The position numbers were made by a program, and so were the translations under genes. A stretch of 64,000 bases of DNA from a virus. How positions within the stretch are numbered: position 1 is the first letter of the stretch; the number at the start of each line of letters is the position of its first letter. Below, piece by piece: positions 58,634 to 64,000 of the stretch. A model generated the notes under the pieces. That model saw only the letters and a list, made by a program, of their open reading frames with translations. It did not search any database and was not told where the DNA came from. The stretch spans positions 32,001-96,000 of the IMG/VR virus record IMGVR_UViG_3300032241_002679; one strand, given 5' to 3'.

Positions 58634-61600
58634 TTATTCACTCTCTAACATATCATCTATTTCCCTTATCATTGTATTTACACTCTCATTAATATGTACG
58701 TTTTTATCATAAATTTTAACCTTTTCAATTGGTTTAGGTTCATTATCAACCATTTCAATTAACTTATTAACAAATAACCCCTTATATTTTTCAGTTCTTT
58801 CATTTAATTTTTTGGAGATTTTTTCTTTCTCCTCTTTAAGAAGGTTTTCGATTTTTTTAATATTTTCAGCCGTTGGTGGTGCTTCAGTCTCTGGTTTTTC
58901 TGCCCCAGCAGCTTCAGCAGCCCCAGCTTCAGGGCCACCAGCCTCAGCAGCTCCAGCTTCAGGACCACCAGCTCCAGCCGCTTCAGCTCCTTCGGTTTCT
59001 TCTGTACCCTCTGCTCCAAAATTTAAATCGGCTTCAGTAGTTCCACCACCACCAAATCCACCGCCTCCACCACTGAATCCGCCACTAGGTTCTTTTCCTT
59101 CTTCAGTACCTCCTGTACCCCCTTCAAGTGCTTTATTCATATCGCCATATATTCTATCAACCGTATCAAACATACCAGTATGTTTAATAACACTTGCAGA
59201 ATTTGCGAGTTCCGCAGCAGCAGCTTTTTCCATACGCTGTTCTAATAGATCTTGTTTAATTTCATTATCAGGCCATCCAAATATTTCTCTTCTGGCTCTT
59301 GTCATACTCATTGCGCCAAAACCATTACCAGCATCACTAACAGCATCTTTATATAATGTAACTTTTAATTGCATATGTTCAACCTTAAGCATTTCTGCTT
59401 GTGTTGACGGATTATTTAATGTTATTGTGAAATTATCCAACTCATCTTCAAATCCCAATAAATACAAATGAATAATTATAACCTTATTTAATTCTTGAAG
59501 CATCGATTGTTGAATTCTATTAATTGTTCTTGAGAAACGTATATCTTGAAGTGCTAAATTTTTACCCTCACCAGTAGTTTCATCAAAGCCTAAAAATGGT
59601 TTAGGTACTCTCAATGCTGTGAATAATTTTTTCTGAAGATACTCAATATCTGCAATCTGATCCAAATTAGAATTTTTTACATAAATACCTGATTCTAAAG
59701 CAAATGTGTGGTTTTTATTAAATTTTTCCTCACCATCAACAGTAATTGTACCTGTATCTTGTGTGTCATCTAACCATTCAATATTAATTATTTTATGATT
59801 ATATAATTCTATTTTATTTTCTTTTTCAATATAGTATTTCCAAGCCCTAACATTTTTATATCCTAATTCTTCAGCAGTTATTTTACACCATTGACGATAA
59901 TTTTTAAAACCACGTTGTTTAAGCATTTTTTCTAAATGATTATGCGTAAATTCATTTAGATTTGTTAATGCGCTTCGTATATTTGTATTATTACTTCTAA
60001 ATTCATTAATAAAAGTTTCATTTGAATTTAAAACAGATAATGTTAGATCAGCTCTACCTAATTTATTATATTCCCCTAAAAACATATCATATAATTTATC
60101 ACTAAATATTATATTCTGATTTTTAGAAAAAACACGTTTTTTATACCCCTCTTTTTTCCATTGCTCTGAAGCAATTTTAGAAAATTTCTCTTTAAATTCT
60201 AATGTTGATTTAACATTACTAATTGCTTTTCCCCTTAATGAAATTATATCATTTTTATTTGGGTTATCATCAAATGTTTTTTTAGCTTTATTTCTAGATT
60301 TTATTGAATTATTTTTAGAATTGTTTGCCCTAAATATTTTTTCTTCTTTGGTTAAATTACTAATATATTTATTTATTCCATTAGTTATTTTTTCTTTATT
60401 TAATTCTGGATTAGCCCAAATAGTTTCTTTTATAACTGATTGATGATATCTCATATGATCACCACCGTTCATCCAAACTATATTATCTGGATTATTATTA
60501 AATCTATTATGATCCCTATGATGTCTAATTTTTTTATCACTGTCACTATATTTTTCATCGAAAATAAATTCCTTTATTAAACCAAATTTATCTAGTTTAT
60601 CGGTAACTAATCGATGTGTAAATATCCATTCTTGTTTATTTGAATCCCATGTTCTATGATATTCTCCGTTTGTGTTTGATTTAATTTTGGCTGTATCACT
60701 ATAAAATGGCATTAAACTATCACCAATATTTAAATGTTGTGCTTCAACAAATCCGTTTGTTCTATGAACAAACTTATGATCTGGTGTGGCTATAACTTCC
60801 TTACCATTATCGAGTGTTATTTTTAATACTTGTGTATTTTTACGTGTAATCCCAGCCCATGTAATTGGGCCTATAGTTGATTCACCAGTGTTAGGGTTGA
60901 CAGAATACACCCACATATTCTTATTTCCATTATCCCATTCTTTAATAATTTCTTGTAATTCAAGGATTCTTCCGTCAAGTAATGGTATACGTGTATTCAA
61001 AGCAAGGCATGCACCTGGCAATGTATCAATGGGACTTGGCGCATCTTCAGTTCTAACGGGAATAAAATAATCCTGATCGTTCGAATTTCTTAAGAATGAA
61101 CCACTTACGGATACATTATTTTCATAATCTAATGATAAAGCTGCAAAATTATGTCTATCATTCTCCCCATTTGGACCAACTACGGTCATGCAATACACAT
61201 CATCACCTCCAACTATTTCAATAGATTTAACTTTATGATTTTTACTATGTGAATTAATGTAATCGGTTATTGTTTCAAAACCCTCTTCAATTAATAATCT
61301 TTCTATGACAGTACGCTCAATTTTACGTTGACGATGTAATCTTCTATTAGTATTTATCGAAATAATATGATTTAATTGCTCATCCTCATTTAAAAATTCT
61401 ACTAAAGTTTTTCTATTTTTTATTTTTTTATTGATAATATTTTTTCTAATTAATTCCCAAATAATAGAATCAAATTTAATTTGCATTGCTTTAGACCTAA
61501 CTTTTTTCTTTTCTGGATTAGACCAATCTTTTAACTGAGCATCTTTCCTTAGGATATTATGTTGAGTATGTAAATCAGAATGATTATATTCGATAAATGT

Positions 61601-63211
61601 ACTAGCCCAATCTTGTTCTTTGGCTAATTCAATATTTCTAATACGTTTTTTTTCAGATTTATTATATTCTATTAGTTTTGGCACAACTTTATTATATAAT
61701 CCATTTTTCCATTTGGTTTTCATTAATTCTTTATGATAGTTTTGATGCTCATGCCAATTAGTCCATAAAAGATTTTCTGGGTTATTGTTTTTAGAATTAA
61801 AATCTATATGGTGAATGGTATTATTATTTTCTCCTAAATTACTAATTTCCTTTGCTACAAATCTATGCGTAAATTCATATTTTCCAGTTTTAGGATTAAA
61901 TACTCTATAATACTTGCTAGCATTTGGTGTAGTGGTAAATGCTTTTTCATCACGATAAAAAGGCATTAAGGAATCATTTTCTTTTAATTCATCAGCTCTT
62001 TTATGAGAACCATCTCTCAATATAAACGGATGTTCTGGTGCTGTTGTTATATGTGTATTATCATCTAGCCATATTTTGATCATTTTTTCTGCTGTATAGT
62101 TTTTTCCACACCATTTAACTTTACCGCCAACAAGTTGGTGGGTTTTATCGTTAATTGAGTGAACCCAATTTTCTTTACCCTCATCATATTCTTTAGCTAG
62201 TTCTTCTATTGTAAGTGTCCTACCATCTAATAAGGGTATAGGTGTATTTTTCCATACGGGAAGTTGATTATATCTCAAATCAACTTGACCAGTTTGAGGA
62301 TCAACCATTGGTGTACGTTTAAATCTATTTGCAATTTCATTTACATATGACTCAACGTCTTTATCATCTATATTACCTACATATATTTTATATATCCTTC
62401 TTTCAGGTGCTCTAGTAACACGATAAACAAGCATGGCATCTTCAGACAATAAAAGTTGTTTCCAAATTCTACGTGCTTTTTCTAATAAACTTGTGCCATA
62501 TGGCAATCTACGATCATCGCCAAATATTCTAAAATGTGCTATTTGCCAAGAATTAAATTCAACATCTCTACCACGCCAATAAAATTTAACTTTATCTGCT
62601 TTATAATCTTCATTCATTCTTTGTGTAAGAATATCATATAATGCGCCATCCCTACGTTCCATTTCATAATTAGGCATTTGTTTAGCGCCTACAATACCAT
62701 TTTTTTCATCAATATGCAAGAAAACAAAATTATCGCCATATTTTACAGTATTTCTAGTCCACATTGGAAGTGAGGTATGAATATCTAATCTATTAAATAA
62801 TAAATCTTCAATTATGCCTTTTACTCTTTTACTATCAGAATAAACATTAACCATACGACCATTATTATTTAATGTCGTACTTTCTTCCATAAAAATATCT
62901 AAAGCTGCGGCTATTTCTGGATAAAATTCCATTGCCTCAAAGTCTGAATAAGAACCAATCCTTGTTGTTTCATAATTAACAGCTTGTTGAAAAAGACCAT
63001 GTTCTACTTTTTTCCAAACTTGGCCTAAATATTTATTCTGTTGAGCTTGTAATTTTGCTATTTCATATTCTTTCTTATCAGTTGTTTTAAGAAGAACATC
63101 ATTATTCATCTTATATCTCTGAGTCTGTTGTTGGGTCTGTTTAATTTTAAAACCATCAGGGCCTAATATTTGCCCTAATTTTTGAAATATTGTTAAATTA
63201 TTTTTTGCCAT
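58634..63211 (-). CDS. Portal protein (T4 gp20-like) with two inteins
   Basis: YPEIAAALD, EDAMLVYRVTRAPERRIYKIYVGN, DYFIPVR...IDTLPGA/SNLDQIADIEYLQKKLFTALRVP. Confidence 0.93.
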   Translation of the reverse strand: MAKNNLTIFQKLGQILGPDGFKIKQTQQQTQRYKMNNDVLLKTTDKKEYEIAKLQAQQNKYLGQVWKKVEHGLFQQAVNYETTRIGSYSDFEAMEFYPEIAAALDIFMEESTTLNNNGRMVNVYSDSKRVKGIIEDLLFNRLDIHTSLPMWTRNTVKYGDNFVFLHIDEKNGIVGAKQMPNYEMERRDGALYDILTQRMNEDYKADKVKFYWRGRDVEFNSWQIAHFRIFGDDRRLPYGTSLLEKARRIWKQLLLSEDAMLVYRVTRAPERRIYKIYVGNIDDKDVESYVNEIANRFKRTPMVDPQTGQVDLRYNQLPVWKNTPIPLLDGRTLTIEELAKEYDEGKENWVHSINDKTHQLVGGKVKWCGKNYTAEKMIKIWLDDNTHITTAPEHPFILRDGSHKRADELKENDSLMPFYRDEKAFTTTPNASKYYRVFNPKTGKYEFTHRFVAKEISNLGENNNTIHHIDFNSKNNNPENLLWTNWHEHQNYHKELMKTKWKNGLYNKVVPKLIEYNKSEKKRIRNIELAKEQDWASTFIEYNHSDLHTQHNILRKDAQLKDWSNPEKKKVRSKAMQIKFDSIIWELIRKNIINKKIKNRKTLVEFLNEDEQLNHIISINTNRRLHRQRKIERTVIERLLIEEGFETITDYINSHSKNHKVKSIEIVGGDDVYCMTVVGPNGENDRHNFAALSLDYENNVSVSGSFLRNSNDQDYFIPVRTEDAPSPIDTLPGACLALNTRIPLLDGRILELQEIIKEWDNGNKNMWVYSVNPNTGESTIGPITWAGITRKNTQVLKITLDNGKEVIATPDHKFVHRTNGFVEAQHLNIGDSLMPFYSDTAKIKSNTNGEYHRTWDSNKQEWIFTHRLVTDKLDKFGLIKEFIFDEKYSDSDKKIRHHRDHNRFNNNPDNIVWMNGGDHMRYHQSVIKETIWANPELNKEKITNGINKYISNLTKEEKIFRANNSKNNSIKSRNKAKKTFDDNPNKNDIISLRGKAISNVKSTLEFKEKFSKIASEQWKKEGYKKRVFSKNQNIIFSDKLYDMFLGEYNKLGRADLTLSVLNSNETFINEFRSNNTNIRSALTNLNEFTHNHLEKMLKQRGFKNYRQWCKITAEELGYKNVRAWKYYIEKENKIELYNHKIINIEWLDDTQDTGTITVDGEEKFNKNHTFALESGIYVKNSNLDQIADIEYLQKKLFTALRVPKPFLGFDETTGEGKNLALQDIRFSRTINRIQQSMLQELNKVIIIHLYLLGFEDELDNFTITLNNPSTQAEMLKVEHMQLKVTLYKDAVSDAGNGFGAMSMTRARREIFGWPDNEIKQDLLEQRMEKAAAAELANSASVIKHTGMFDTVDRIYGDMNKALEGGTGGTEEGKEPSGGFSGGGGGFGGGGTTEADLNFGAEGTEETEGAEAAGAGGPEAGAAEAGGPEAGAAEAAGAEKPETEAPPTAENIKKIENLLKEEKEKISKKLNERTEKYKGLFVNKLIEMVDNEPKPIEKVKIYDKNVHINESVNTMIREIDDMLESE
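59672..61009 (-). mobile_element. Portal intein 2 (446 aa) with an HNH endonuclease
   Basis: LPGA|CLALNTRIPLLDGR...ATPDHKF...RHHRDHNRFNNNPDNI...NHTFALESGIYVKN|SNLD. Confidence 0.9.
61085..62260 (-). mobile_element. Portal intein 1 (392 aa), atypical Pro1, with an HNH endonuclease
   Basis: YNQL|PVWKNTPIPLLDGR...TAPEHPF...IHHIDFNSKNNNPENL...DVYCMTV...FLRN|SNDQ. Confidence 0.85.
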
Positions 63212-63253
63212 ATTTTTTTATATATTATAACGTTTTTATTTAAAAAATAAAGA

Positions 63254-63508
63254 CTATTCTATATAGCCACAAGCTACATATGCTGATCTTTCTATTATAC
63301 CATTTACAACAGAAATATTATATACATAATTCACTGTCCAGTCTTGTCCCTGTGAATTAGCTGTTGCATTACAAAAATTATTTGTTACTTGTTGATTTAA
63401 TAAAGAAGTAGCTCTTTTTTTAACATTAGCCTCTGGGCTCCAAGTATATAAATTACTATCAAAAGTTTTAAGAGTATATTTGCCTCTTTTTTGTGCTTTT
63501 TGTGCCAT
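63254..63508 (-). CDS. Small hypothetical protein between terminase and portal
   Basis: 84-aa co-oriented ORF. Confidence 0.65.
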   Translation of the reverse strand: MAQKAQKRGKYTLKTFDSNLYTWSPEANVKKRATSLLNQQVTNNFCNATANSQGQDWTVNYVYNISVVNGIIERSAYVACGYIE

Positions 63509-63521
63509 ATTTTTTTAAATT

Positions 63522-64000
63522 TTATCTAGCGCCACTAAATAACCACATATATTGTCCAGTTGGATCTTGCATATTTTTTGCTACAATTGGACTAAAATTT
63601 GGTCTTTCTGTCTGTTTTTTATATCTATTATTATTTGATACAAAACCATGTCCCTTCATTCTATCATTTATAATTTCATTAGGACTATTTGGACTAATCC
63701 AACTGCTTAACATTGCTTTTGTCTGTTTTTCAAGTCTTTCAAGATTTTTAAAAGAATGTTCCAATACCCACAAACACATTGCCATTGCAAAAATTAAATC
63801 GTCATGATAACCATCCATATGGTCTGGCCTTCCATTTTTAAATACAAACGTTTTCATTTCTGAAATCATTCTAATTGATTTAATTTTTACTAAATTATTT
63901 CTGACTTTTTCTTCGAAGTTTGATATCATCTGTAGACGTATGCTACTTACTTGAAGGCCTGGTACTTTATTATCTTTTTTAAATGTTTCCATTTGTTTTT
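63522..64000 (-). CDS. Terminase large subunit, C-terminal nuclease part (partial)
   Basis: ISEMKTFV...DGYHDDLIFAMAMCLW matches the gp17-type GxHDD motif; lies upstream of the portal. Confidence 0.85.
   Translation of the reverse strand, partial: KQMETFKKDNKVPGLQVSSIRLQMISNFEEKVRNNLVKIKSIRMISEMKTFVFKNGRPDHMDGYHDDLIFAMAMCLWVLEHSFKNLERLEKQTKAMLSSWISPNSPNEIINDRMKGHGFVSNNNRYKKQTERPNFSPIVAKNMQDPTGQYMWLFSGAR

Noticed and set aside
58812-59471. 219-aa antisense Pro/Ala/Ser ORF opposite the portal gene
   Set aside because: Mirror of the low-complexity portal tail.
1-64000. CRISPR array, tRNA, rRNA or transposase
   Set aside because: None recognised by eye. Intergenic gaps are short and the repeats found are coding or paired.

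Overview
Very AT-rich segment of a large T4-like (jumbo) phage genome, read in the standard genetic code. Genes lack Shine-Dalgarno motifs and one promoter matches TTG-N20-TAnnTTTG, which suggests a Bacteroidota host (inference). Left end (- strand): tail fibre/spike-like repeat proteins. 5.9-50.8 kb (+ strand): small putative head proteins including a WYL-like protein, a glycosyltransferase, an HD-like protein, dUTPase, a fractured IMPDH/GMP reductase, a ~24 kb glycan and nucleotide-sugar cluster, PhoH, more glycosyltransferases, a gp55-like sigma factor and baseplate genes. Right end (- strand): terminase C-terminus, portal, prohead protease, scaffold and major capsid. Selfish elements are dense: four contiguous inteins, one split intein and two free-standing Vsr-like endonucleases. 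Best candidate for an undescribed system: a Vsr-like endonuclease (8459-9376) overlaps a glycosyltransferase whose frame is broken by AGC-TGA-CTA-AGC, i.e. matched codons around a stop, at the foot of a perfect 13-bp stem. This looks like a 9-nt translational-bypass element forming a cassette with the endonuclease, analogous to T4 mobA/gene 60. Also notable: a Pro1 intein in tandem with a paralogous Cys1 intein in the portal, a split intein inserted at the catalytic Cys of IMPDH/GMPR, and a single-gene transcript whose 5' and 3' ends are complementary and whose leader can fold into a three-way junction.
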